From an uncultured Solirubrobacterales bacterium (GTDB taxonomy: Bacteria > Actinomycetota > Thermoleophilia > Solirubrobacterales > Solirubrobacteraceae): a stretch of DNA of 64,000 nucleotides. The translations under genes and the position numbers were made by a program. The notes beneath the pieces are model-generated. The model ran no database searches. It was not told the origin of the DNA and worked only from the letters and a program-made list of their open reading frames with translations. Shown here piece after piece: positions 1 through 9,613 of this stretch (its first letter is position 1; each line of letters begins with the position of its first letter). The stretch is taken from contig CAVWQA010000006.1 of NCBI GenBank assembly GCA_963757015.1, positions 69,399 through 133,398 on the forward strand, given 5' to 3'.

Positions 1-2
1 CG

Positions 3-464
3 GCGGCCGTCGGTGCCGGTGCCATCATCGGTGACCAGACGCAGATCCGCGAGCGCTCGGTCATCGGTGCCCGGACGGTGGTGGGGCGGGGTTCGACCGT
101 CGATAACGATGTGTCGATCGGCGAGCGCGTGCTGATCCAGACATTGGTGTACGTGACCGGCGGCTCGGTGGTCGAGGACGATGTGTTCCTGGGCCCGGGG
201 GTGATCACCACCAACGATCACGCGATGGGGCGTCACCCTCCCGGTGAGCCGTTGCGGGGAGTGACGCTGCGGCGCGCCTGTCGCATCGGGGGCGGCGTGG
301 TCCTGACCCCCGGGGTCGAGATCGGCGAGGAGGCGTTCGTGGCCGCCGGCGCGGTGGTCACCCGTGACGTCGGGCCGCGCGAGGTCGTGATGGGCGTGCC
401 GGCGCGGGTGGTGCGGCGGGTGTCCGACGAGGACCTGATCGAGCGCTTCTCCGAGGACCAGTAA
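3..464 (+). CDS. Hexapeptide-repeat N-acetyltransferase (WbpD/WlbB-like), 5'-truncated by window edge
   Basis: Open frame from base 3; left-handed beta-helix hexapeptides (VVEDDVFLGPGVITTND, IGEEAFVAAGAVVTRDV) and C-terminal GVPAR motif. Confidence 0.8.
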   Translation, partial: AAVGAGAIIGDQTQIRERSVIGARTVVGRGSTVDNDVSIGERVLIQTLVYVTGGSVVEDDVFLGPGVITTNDHAMGRHPPGEPLRGVTLRRACRIGGGVVLTPGVEIGEEAFVAAGAVVTRDVGPREVVMGVPARVVRRVSDEDLIERFSEDQ

Positions 465-469
465 ACCGT

Positions 470-1774
<1,305 letters not shown>

Positions 1775-1783
1775 TCAGTGTAC

Positions 1784-1860
1784 GTGGGGGATTGGCGCGC
1801 TCGGACCGTGCCGGGTGGGGGATTGGCGCGCTCGGACCGTGGGCGGGTGGGGGGATTGGG
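1784..1860. repeat. G-rich tandem repeat, 31-32 bp unit, about 2.4 copies
   Basis: GTGGGGGATTGGCGCGCTCGGACCGTG at 1784 and 1815, partial third copy at 1847, in the purA/HAD divergent intergenic region. Confidence 0.85.
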
Positions 1861-1914
1861 CCACGCGACTGGGTCGGGCCCCAGGGCCACGGGGATCCGT
1901 GACAAGCTCAGGCG

Positions 1915-2577
1915 GTGCACGGACATCCTGCTCCCGGGTCTATCGACGCCGTCGTGTTCGACGTCGGCGGCGTGCTGCTCGACTGGGATCCGCGCTACCT
2001 GTATCGCAAGCTGTTTGACGATGAGCGGGAGATGGAGCGCTTTCTGGCCGAGGTCTGCACGCTTGAGTGGCATGCGGCCCACGACCGCGGCATACCCGTC
2101 GGCCAATCGTGCGCCCGCCTGGCGGCCGCCCACCCCGAGCAGGCCGAGCTGATCATGGCCTGGGGATCGCGCAGCGAGGAGATGATCGCCGGAGAGATTC
2201 CCGAGGCGGTGGCGATCCTGGCCGCGCTCAAGCGGGCCGGGGTTCCGTGTTATGCGCTGACCAACATGGAGGCCGAGACCTACCCGCTGCGCCGCCGGCG
2301 ATTTGAATTTATGCGCTGGTTCAACGGCACCGTGGTCTCAGCTCACGAGGGCATCGTCAAACCCGACCCGGAGATCTTCCGCCGCCTGCTGCGCCGCTTT
2401 GGCCTCTGGGCACAACGGACCGTGATGATCGACGACTCGCCGCCGAACCTGGACGCCGCCCGCAGCGTGGGAATGCAGACCGTCCAGTTTCGCTCGGCCG
2501 CCGACCTGCGGCGCTGGCTGGTCGGCGCGGGGGTGCTGGTGCCCGACGGCAGACGGGATGCGGTTGTGCCGTCCTGA
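1915..2577 (+). CDS. HAD-family phosphatase
   Basis: Motif I FDVGGVL, LTN, KPDPEIF, MIDD; start uncertain. Confidence 0.85.
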   Translation: MHGHPAPGSIDAVVFDVGGVLLDWDPRYLYRKLFDDEREMERFLAEVCTLEWHAAHDRGIPVGQSCARLAAAHPEQAELIMAWGSRSEEMIAGEIPEAVAILAALKRAGVPCYALTNMEAETYPLRRRRFEFMRWFNGTVVSAHEGIVKPDPEIFRRLLRRFGLWAQRTVMIDDSPPNLDAARSVGMQTVQFRSAADLRRWLVGAGVLVPDGRRDAVVPS

Positions 2578-2612
2578 CGGGTCGGTCCGGAGGTCCTTGC
2601 TTCATCGCCGGG

Positions 2613-3929
2613 CTACGGCAGTCCGGCGAGGCGCACGGCCTGCAGCTGACCCGAGGTGAAATCGGTCACCAGCAGCGTTTGTCCATCCGGGGTGATGGCC
2701 ATCTGCCTGGGGAAACCGCCGGCTGCCAGCGCGCCCTCGATGCTCGGTCGCCCGGCGAGCATCGATGCCGTATTGACGACCGTTAGACCCGCTCTCACCC
2801 CGCCCGCCCCGAATCGGTTCGAGTCCGCCACGACGATGTGCCGACCCGCATCGACCGGCTCGAGGCCGACCGGCGCCTCCCCAACCCGGACGGCGGCCAG
2901 CAATGCGTCGCGTGAGCCCTGACGGAGTTTCGCGGCCGAGAACGCGAGCAGCTCATCGCTCGCCCGCGCGGTGACCCAGACGATGCTGCCGTCCGGCGAC
3001 GTCGCGACACGGACCGGGTTGCAGCCCGCGGGCAGGCTGGCGATCACCGAGCCGGCCGGGCCGTGGACGGCGCGCAGGACGTCGATCGTGCTCACGCTCC
3101 CGATTCCGTTGTGCAGCGAGAGGCCGGGACCCCCGAACTCGCTGGTCGCATACAGCCAGCGCCCGTCGGGCGATACGGCCAGGCCGACTGGTGCCACCCC
3201 CAGCCGGATCAGGCCGACCAGGTGTGAGCCTCTGAAGCGGTCGGCGATCGCCGCGCCAAGATCGAAGACGGCAACGCTGCCCTGGTCCTCGAGTGACACG
3301 AACGCGTAGCGCCCGTCCGCCGCGGTCGTCACCTCGATCGCGCCGCCCCCGGCGACCCCGCCGCCGGTGCGGTTGGGCTCTGACAGCGACCCCAGTTCGG
3401 CGTCGCGCTCACCCCGCTCGACGCGGGCGACGCTCAGCACGACGACGCCGGCGTTGCTGGCTACGAGTAGATAGTGCCCGTTCGGCGTCAGCGCCAAGCC
3501 CAGTGGCGTCGCGCCGTGGGCCAGCCGGATGGCGTGCACGATCGAGGGCGTGGCCGATCGGAGCAAGACGACGTCGATGACGCTTCCGGACGGGCTCGAG
3601 ACGATGGCAAAGCGACCGTTGCTCGTGGTTACGACACCGAACGGAGTGCCCGGCATCGAAAGAAACGAGTTGCTCACGCCCTTTAGTCGTGGCTGCTCGG
3701 AGACCGTGGTCGAGCAAGCGTCGGCCGCGGTTGGTGACACCACCGGCGTCCCGGGGGTCACGCGGGCCGCGCGCGACGGTGGTAACCCCGGTGTCGTTGG
3801 CGGCCCCGAGGCCACCGGGTTCGTCGAGTGTCCAGTCGAGCTGGCGGAGCTACTCGAGGCCTTGCCGCCACCGCACCCCGCTGCCAACAGGGCCAGCACC
3901 AGGGTCCCGGCGATGGCGACCCGACTCAC
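2613..3929 (-). CDS. YncE/YVTN-like beta-propeller lipoprotein
   Basis: Lipobox-like LAAGC, S/P/T-rich linker, repeats such as PVGLAVSPDGRWLY and PRQMAITPDGQTLLV; GTG start overlaps the stop of the upstream ATPase (GTGA). Confidence 0.75.
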   Translation of the reverse strand: MSRVAIAGTLVLALLAAGCGGGKASSSSASSTGHSTNPVASGPPTTPGLPPSRAARVTPGTPVVSPTAADACSTTVSEQPRLKGVSNSFLSMPGTPFGVVTTSNGRFAIVSSPSGSVIDVVLLRSATPSIVHAIRLAHGATPLGLALTPNGHYLLVASNAGVVVLSVARVERGERDAELGSLSEPNRTGGGVAGGGAIEVTTAADGRYAFVSLEDQGSVAVFDLGAAIADRFRGSHLVGLIRLGVAPVGLAVSPDGRWLYATSEFGGPGLSLHNGIGSVSTIDVLRAVHGPAGSVIASLPAGCNPVRVATSPDGSIVWVTARASDELLAFSAAKLRQGSRDALLAAVRVGEAPVGLEPVDAGRHIVVADSNRFGAGGVRAGLTVVNTASMLAGRPSIEGALAAGGFPRQMAITPDGQTLLVTDFTSGQLQAVRLAGLP

Positions 3930-4612
3930 GCGGTTCGCAGGTCCATCCGGTGATCTTCGCCATCCAGCGGCAGCGGGTCGCACATCTCGGTCAGCCGTGA
4001 GACCGTACGCGCTGTGATCTGCTCTCGGAGCTCGTCAGGGTTTGTGATGTTCGTGGTGATCACGATCGAGCGCTCATCTTCGTAGCGTCCGTTGACGATC
4101 GAGTAAAGCTCTTCGAGGACCCAGTCGGTCGTGCGCTCGGCGCCCACGTCGTCGATGTGCAGCAGGTCGACTGCGGTCAAGCGGTCGAGCAGATCGACAT
4201 GCGAGCGCTCGGCGCGGTGGGTGTCGCGGATCTCGTTCAGCAGCCGCGGCAGCGAGTAGATCGCAACCGAGCGTCCGGCCTTGAGCGCTGCCTTGGAGAC
4301 CAGCATCGCCAGCGTCGTCTTGCCGGTGCCGGGTGGGCCCATGAACCACAGCCCGCGTCCGGCGTCGAGCTGATCCTCGATCGTGTTCGCATATCGCCGG
4401 GTCGCCGCCACGATGGCCGGCTCGATCTCACTCACCGGCGGGCGGTCGAAGGAGACGTCGCGGTAGCGACGCGGAATCATCGCCGACAGGCTCCGCGCCT
4501 TCGCGCGCGCCACCCGCTGGCGACGGCACTGGCAGTCGTAGGCGGTGTTGGTCTGCTCGTCGTAGCGGAACCCGGTTCCGTCGCAGAGCTCGAACGGACA
4601 CTGCTCGCTCAC
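3926..4612 (-). CDS. DnaC/IstB-like AAA+ ATPase with N-terminal zinc ribbon (putative helicase loader)
   Basis: CPFELCDGTG...CQC; Walker A GPPGTGKT; Walker B LLHIDDVG; IITTN; SRL sensor; overlaps dnaB stop by 4 nt. Confidence 0.85.
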   Translation of the reverse strand: MSEQCPFELCDGTGFRYDEQTNTAYDCQCRRQRVARAKARSLSAMIPRRYRDVSFDRPPVSEIEPAIVAATRRYANTIEDQLDAGRGLWFMGPPGTGKTTLAMLVSKAALKAGRSVAIYSLPRLLNEIRDTHRAERSHVDLLDRLTAVDLLHIDDVGAERTTDWVLEELYSIVNGRYEDERSIVITTNITNPDELREQITARTVSRLTEMCDPLPLDGEDHRMDLRTA

Positions 4613-6591
4613 GGGGCAAACCGCTCCCCGGCGTAGTTCATGAACTTCGGGTACTCCTTCTGGAACGTGAGCACCACATCACCGACCGGTCCGTTGCGGT
4701 GCTTGGCGATGATGATGTCGGCCTCGCCGGGGCGCTCGGAGTCCTTGTCGTAGTACTCCTCGCGGTAGATGAACATCACCAGGTCCGAATCCTGCTCTAT
4801 TTGGCCGCTGTTGTGAGACACGATTCCATCCGCGAGCCACGAAGCCGGGCCCGGAACCGTGAGGTCGAACACATCCTCCTTGCCGACGTCCTCGACGGCG
4901 GTGATCGCGTCCCAGAGGAGATCGCTTTCGGCCGCCCCGTGCAGCTCGGCTGAGCCGTGGGCGGTCGCGTACCTGGTCACGCGGGCGCCACATTCACGCG
5001 CCGCGGCTTGCGCCACCGCCGCGCTGTTCTCCTCGGAGGCGGTCGTATAACGCATCGGCTGGCCCGACAGGTAACTCCCGTCACCGATCAACTGCCCCAG
5101 CAGGATCACCCGATCCTCGGGCCAGCGCTCAGGTTCGGGCGGCTCGGGAATGCGGCGCGCCAGCGCGACGCGATCATCAACCCGCAGATCTGCCAACCGC
5201 CGCCATCCGGGGCCGGCCAGGACGCGGTGATCGGCCGTGGCCCGGAGCGCCCGTCCGGAAGCGAGCGAGAGCTTGAGGACGCGACGGCGCCCGACACGCC
5301 ACACGGCGTCGCCCCGCGCCGTGACCACCCGCTGTCGCTCGTCGACGGCCAGGACCTCGGGCCTGGTGCCCACCAGATCGGCGACGGGCGCGCGGCGGCC
5401 GTCGGCGAGTAGCACGAGGGTATCCCCGGTGACGCACTCGCGCAGATCCGACAGGATGGGCTTCTTCTCGCCGCCGCGCTGCTCGACCGCGCGGCTGAGC
5501 TGGGACAGCGCGATCACCGGCACGTTGAGCTCGCGCGCCAGGCCCTTGAGGCCGCGGCTGATCTGCCCCACCTGCTCGACCCGGCTTTCGACTCGTCCTT
5601 CGTGGCGCATCAGCTGCAGGTAGTCGACGATGATCAGCCCCAGCCCGCCCTCGACCCGACCGTGCAGGCGGCGCGACTTGGCCCGCACTTCGAGTACGCC
5701 GGTGTCGCTCGAATCGTCGACGTACAGAGGCGCCTGCGACAGACGCTGGCAGGCCTCGAGGATCTTCGGCCAGCGCTGCTCGGCCACCTTGCCTCGCCGC
5801 AGATCCTCGCCCTTGATTCGCGCCTGCGAGGCGACGAAGCGCTGGGCGAGCTCGGACTCGGACATCTCGAGCGAGAACAGGACGACCGGGTGGCCGCCGA
5901 GCACAGCGTTCTCGGCGATGTTGGCCACCAGCGCCGACTTGCCCATCGACGGTCTGGCCGCGATCACGATCAGGTTGCCGGGCTGAAAGCCCCCGGTCTT
6001 CTCATCCAGATCCTTGAAGCCCGAGGGTGTGCCGGTCAGCGGCGTCTTGGCGATCGAGAGGCGGTGGAGCTTGTCAGTCTCCTCGTGCAGGATGTCCCCG
6101 ATCGAGCGGATCTTCTTCTGGTGGTCGTCGTGGGCCACCTCGAGTACCGAGCGCTCGGCCCGCTCGACGAGGTCGCGGGCGGGCGCCTCGCGCGACAGCA
6201 CGCTCGCCTGGATCTCGTAGCTGGTGGTCAACAGCGCTCGCATCTGCGCGTTGTCGCGGACGATCCGTCCGTACTCGCGTGCGTGGCCCGCGGCCGGGAC
6301 CCAGCCCGCGAGCTCGTCGATCGCCTCGACGCCCCCGACCTCCTCGAGCTTGCCGTTCTGCTTGAGCGTCTCGGCGACGGTCAGGTGGTCGATCTTGCGA
6401 TCGCCCTCGTACAGCGACAGCATGGCCGCGAACACCGCACCGTACTGCTCACGGTAGAAGTGCTCGGGCCGCAGCTGCTCTTCGACGAGCAGCGCGTGCA
6501 GATGGCGCTCGTCGAGCAGCACCGCGCCCAGCACCGACTTCTCGGCTTCGAGGTTGTGCGGCGGGACGGCGATGTTCTGGACGGCGCTCAT
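4609..6591 (-). CDS. dnaB: Replicative DNA helicase, intein-containing
   Basis: PPHNLEAEKSVLG, AARPSMGKS, DYLQL, LSQLSR, SDLRE...SGQIEQDSD, AKHRNGP; about 451 aa after intein removal. Confidence 0.97.
   Translation of the reverse strand: MSAVQNIAVPPHNLEAEKSVLGAVLLDERHLHALLVEEQLRPEHFYREQYGAVFAAMLSLYEGDRKIDHLTVAETLKQNGKLEEVGGVEAIDELAGWVPAAGHAREYGRIVRDNAQMRALLTTSYEIQASVLSREAPARDLVERAERSVLEVAHDDHQKKIRSIGDILHEETDKLHRLSIAKTPLTGTPSGFKDLDEKTGGFQPGNLIVIAARPSMGKSALVANIAENAVLGGHPVVLFSLEMSESELAQRFVASQARIKGEDLRRGKVAEQRWPKILEACQRLSQAPLYVDDSSDTGVLEVRAKSRRLHGRVEGGLGLIIVDYLQLMRHEGRVESRVEQVGQISRGLKGLARELNVPVIALSQLSRAVEQRGGEKKPILSDLRECVTGDTLVLLADGRRAPVADLVGTRPEVLAVDERQRVVTARGDAVWRVGRRRVLKLSLASGRALRATADHRVLAGPGWRRLADLRVDDRVALARRIPEPPEPERWPEDRVILLGQLIGDGSYLSGQPMRYTTASEENSAAVAQAAARECGARVTRYATAHGSAELHGAAESDLLWDAITAVEDVGKEDVFDLTVPGPASWLADGIVSHNSGQIEQDSDLVMFIYREEYYDKDSERPGEADIIIAKHRNGPVGDVVLTFQKEYPKFMNYAGERFAP
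4810..5436 (-). mobile_element. Intein (209 aa) in DnaB with truncated LAGLIDADG remnant
   Basis: Starts CVTGDT; block B ATADH; block F VFDLTVPGPASWLADG; ends SHN followed by Ser+1; one LLGQLIGDGS motif only. Confidence 0.95.
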
Positions 6592-6777
6592 GGAGGGAAA
6601 GCGAGTCTAGGTTTGGCGGCGGCGTCTGTGACACTTCGACCCCGCACGGTGCGAGGTTTGCGAATTCCGCTTACCGCGCCACGCGCGACGAGCGTCATCG
6701 TCAGCCGATCAGATCCCAGCCCCCGCGCTCAACCAGACGTGTCGGAGGCCAGGCGTAGCTGCCCCGAGCATGCAGGG

Positions 6778-6875
6778 CGAGCAAGGTCGCGGTCACGCGC
6801 GGGTCGCTTCGCTCGCGCCATCACAAACACGCCGCGCCCCCCCGCATCCTGCGTGTGAACCGCGGGCCTTGCTCG
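6778..6875. other. Long imperfect inverted repeat (structured element) between rplI and dnaB
   Basis: CGAGCAAGG-t-CGCGGT-CAC-GCGCGGG (6778-6803) pairs with CCTGCGT-GTG-a-ACCGCG-gg-CCTTGCTCG (6848-6875). Confidence 0.6.
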
Positions 6876-6888
6876 GCCCAAAAAGCGA

Positions 6889-7341
6889 CTAAGACGCAGC
6901 GACGACCATGGTCTTGACCGTCGCCATCACCTCGTCGGCGACCTCAACCACCACCATGTAGGTGCCGACGTGACGGATCGGCTCCTCGAGGTGGATCTTG
7001 CGCCGATCCACGCGGATCCCGCGGGCGTCGCGGATGGCGTCGGCGATGTCCTGCGTGGTCACCGAGCCGAACAGCCGCCCGTCGTCGCCGGCCTGCTGGG
7101 GGATCGTGAGCACCGTCCGCCCGAGCACGGCCGCGCTCTCCCGGGAGCGTTCCTCGGCGTCACGGACGGCTCGCTCGGCGTCCTCGCGGCGCTTCTGGGC
7201 AACCTTGATCGACGAGCTCGTGGCCGGCTCGGCGAGCTTTCGCGGCACCAGGTAGTTGCGCAGATAGCCGGCCGACACGTCGATGACCGTCCCTCGCTCG
7301 CCGAGCGCCTCCACATCTTCGAGCAGGATCGCCTGGGGCAT
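6889..7341 (-). CDS. rplI: 50S ribosomal protein L9
   Basis: ILLEDVEALGERG, GYLRNYLVP, GRLFGSVT; canonical rpsF-ssb-rpsR-rplI-dnaB order. Confidence 0.97.
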   Translation of the reverse strand: MPQAILLEDVEALGERGTVIDVSAGYLRNYLVPRKLAEPATSSSIKVAQKRREDAERAVRDAEERSRESAAVLGRTVLTIPQQAGDDGRLFGSVTTQDIADAIRDARGIRVDRRKIHLEEPIRHVGTYMVVVEVADEVMATVKTMVVAAS

Positions 7342-7359
7342 CTCCGACCGGTCCTCGGC

Positions 7360-7677
7360 TCAGCGATCGCGGTCGCGGTCGCGGTCGCCGCGGCCGCCCC
7401 GATGGTCGCTTCCCTCAGCGACGTAGGGGAGCAGAGCGAGTTCGCGAGCACGCTTGACCGCGCGGGCGACCTGGCTCTGGTGGCGCCGGCACGCCCCGGT
7501 GATCCGCCGGGAGCGGATCTTGCCGCGCTCGGATATGAACCGGCGCAGCATCGACACGTCCTTATAGTCGACCTGATCGATCTTGTCGCGGCAATACGGG
7601 CACGACTTCCGGCGGGTCGAAGTCGGCCCGCCTTTTCGATCGCGCCGGCGCACCGGTCGTCTGCGTTGCTTTGCCAC
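7360..7677 (-). CDS. rpsR: 30S ribosomal protein S18 (zinc-binding C+ form)
   Basis: CPYC...IDQVDYKD...[21 protein letters not shown]...[13 protein letters not shown]. Confidence 0.97.
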   Translation of the reverse strand: MAKQRRRPVRRRDRKGGPTSTRRKSCPYCRDKIDQVDYKDVSMLRRFISERGKIRSRRITGACRRHQSQVARAVKRARELALLPYVAEGSDHRGGRGDRDRDRDR

Positions 7678-7722
7678 TTGGATTCAGCCTAGCTGGTTGT
7701 CTGTCGCGCGCGCTTCTTGGCT

Positions 7723-8193
7723 CTAGAACGGAATGTCTTCGTCTGCTCCCGCGCTCACCGGAGTGCGTTCGAAGTCGCCGGTGTCGATCGGGACATCGCT
7801 CTCCGTCGCGCGAGCGCTGCTCGAGAACCCGTTCCCGTTACCAGCCTCGTCACGCCCGCCGAGAAACTGCACGGATTCAGCGATGATATCCACCGCTTGG
7901 CGCTTCTGCCCCTCAGGGCTGGTCCACTCGCGCCACCGCAGTCGACCGTCGATCGCGACCGGGCGTCCCTTGCTCAGATACTTGGCGCAGTTCTCGCCCT
8001 GCGCACCCCAGACGGTGACGTCGAAGTAGTTAGGCTGATCCTCCCACTGGCCGGTCTCGTTGTTCCTGCGCCGGCCGTTGCACGCGACCCGCAGCGAGCA
8101 CACCGACGTGCCCGTCGACGAGACCGAGCTCAAGTCCGGATCCTTGGTCAGATTTCCGGTGATGATGACCCGATTTATGTTGGTGCCTGCCAT
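7723..8193 (-). CDS. ssb: Single-stranded DNA-binding protein
   Basis: NRVIITGNLTKDP OB-fold; acidic C-terminal DEDIPF; SD AAGGAG upstream. Confidence 0.98.
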   Translation of the reverse strand: MAGTNINRVIITGNLTKDPDLSSVSSTGTSVCSLRVACNGRRRNNETGQWEDQPNYFDVTVWGAQGENCAKYLSKGRPVAIDGRLRWREWTSPEGQKRQAVDIIAESVQFLGGRDEAGNGNGFSSSARATESDVPIDTGDFERTPVSAGADEDIPF

Positions 8194-8462
8194 TGCTTGT
8201 GGCTCCTTTCCCGAACCGATGAAAACTCGCTGCCGAGTCTATGGTGAGGTCAGGCGGCTACCGGGTCTGTGGGCGGAAAATGGTCAGAAACGTTTGCTTT
8301 GGCACCGAACTGACCCAGTTTTCAACCGGCGCAGGTGGCCCAGTATTCACCCGGCGCCCACAGCGGTTTGGTTGCACTAGCCGACGTAGACCGCCGCCTC
8401 GAGGCGCGCCTCGTGGGGACCCGACCCTCCGGGACCCGACTCTCCAAGAATCGGCTGCGAGC

Positions 8463-8828
8463 CTAGGACTCGACGGCCGCCGGCGCCGGCGCCGCCACCG
8501 GCGGAGCCGTCTCAGGTGGGGGCGGCGTGCCCGGCAGGACCTTGATGATCCGGAAGCGGAGCACCGCGTCGTCGATCCGCAGGTTGTGCGACAGGGCCTC
8601 GATCAAGCTGGCGGCACCGGTGAACTGGATCAGGTGGTACTCGCCCTCGCGCTGATGCCTGATCTCGTACGCCAGTGCGCGCGTTCGCCAGTTGTCGTTG
8701 CGTTCCACGGTGCCCCCCGGGGCGGTGATCTGGGACTCGACGTCGGCGAGGATCTTCGCCCGGCGATCGTCCTCGACGTCAGTCGAGAGGACGATCATCA
8801 GGTCGTATAGCGGAGCTTGCGCGGGCAT
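8463..8828 (-). CDS. rpsF: 30S ribosomal protein S6
   Basis: YDLMIVL...WRTRALAYEI...EGEYHL...LRIDDAVLRF; ATG at 8828. Confidence 0.93.
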   Translation of the reverse strand: MPAQAPLYDLMIVLSTDVEDDRRAKILADVESQITAPGGTVERNDNWRTRALAYEIRHQREGEYHLIQFTGAASLIEALSHNLRIDDAVLRFRIIKVLPGTPPPPETAPPVAAPAPAAVES

Positions 8829-8877
8829 TAGCAATACGCCCGTTGGCGGGCGGCGGACGACTATAGCGGGTGCAAAC

Positions 8878-9477
8878 ATGGCCTTTATCGCAGCCAAGCC
8901 TTCAGCTCCGCCCGAGCGCGACATCGTGCATTGCCTCACGCTGGCCGACTGGGAGCAGTGGCTACATGAGCACCACGCTGATTCGGATGGCGTCTGGCTC
9001 AAGCTCGCCAAGAAGGGGTCGAGACACCCCACGGTCGACTATCAGGACCTGCTCGATGCCGCCATCTGCCACGGCTGGATCGACGCCCGCCGCAACGGTT
9101 ACGACGAGTCGTTCTATTTGCAGCGCTTCACTCCTCGCGGGCCCCGGAGCAAGTGGTCGCAGGTCAACCGCGCCAAGGCGACCAAGCTGATGAAGGAGGG
9201 CCGCATGCGTGAGGCCGGGCTCGCCCAGGTCAGGGCGGCGCAGGCCGACGGGCGCTGGAAGGCGGCCTACGAGCCGCAGAGCCGGGCAACGGTTCCGCAA
9301 GACTTTCAGGAAGCCCTCGACGCCCACCCCGCGGCACGGGAGTTCTTCGCCACGCTCACCGGCAGCCGGCGCTACGCGTTCCTGTACCGCCTGCACAACG
9401 TCCGCACGCCCGCGGGGCGGGCACGGCGGATCGCCCACTACGTCACGCTGCTGAGCGAGGGCCAGACCCTCAACTAA
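8878..9477 (+). CDS. YdeI/OmpD-associated family protein
   Basis: WEQWLHEHH, AICHGWID, QRFTPRGPRSKWS, VPQDFQEAL. Confidence 0.85.
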   Translation: MAFIAAKPSAPPERDIVHCLTLADWEQWLHEHHADSDGVWLKLAKKGSRHPTVDYQDLLDAAICHGWIDARRNGYDESFYLQRFTPRGPRSKWSQVNRAKATKLMKEGRMREAGLAQVRAAQADGRWKAAYEPQSRATVPQDFQEALDAHPAAREFFATLTGSRRYAFLYRLHNVRTPAGRARRIAHYVTLLSEGQTLN

Positions 9478-9613
9478 ACGGCGCCGGCCCGCTCGCTGGT
9501 CAGGTTGCGAGCCTGCGCGGTGCGCCCCGGGGAGGAGAAAGGGTCTTGTGGGTCTCGCCGGGACGATAGGGCCCCGCACGGCCCCCGCTGGGCCTAGCCC
9601 CGCCCTGCCGAGC

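Noticed and set aside
1784-1860. Possible CRISPR array
   Set aside because: Repeats are directly adjacent with no unique spacers, and there are no cas genes
3926-4612. IS21 element (IstB)
   Set aside because: No IstA transposase or terminal repeats; the zinc ribbon and coupling to dnaB favour a helicase loader
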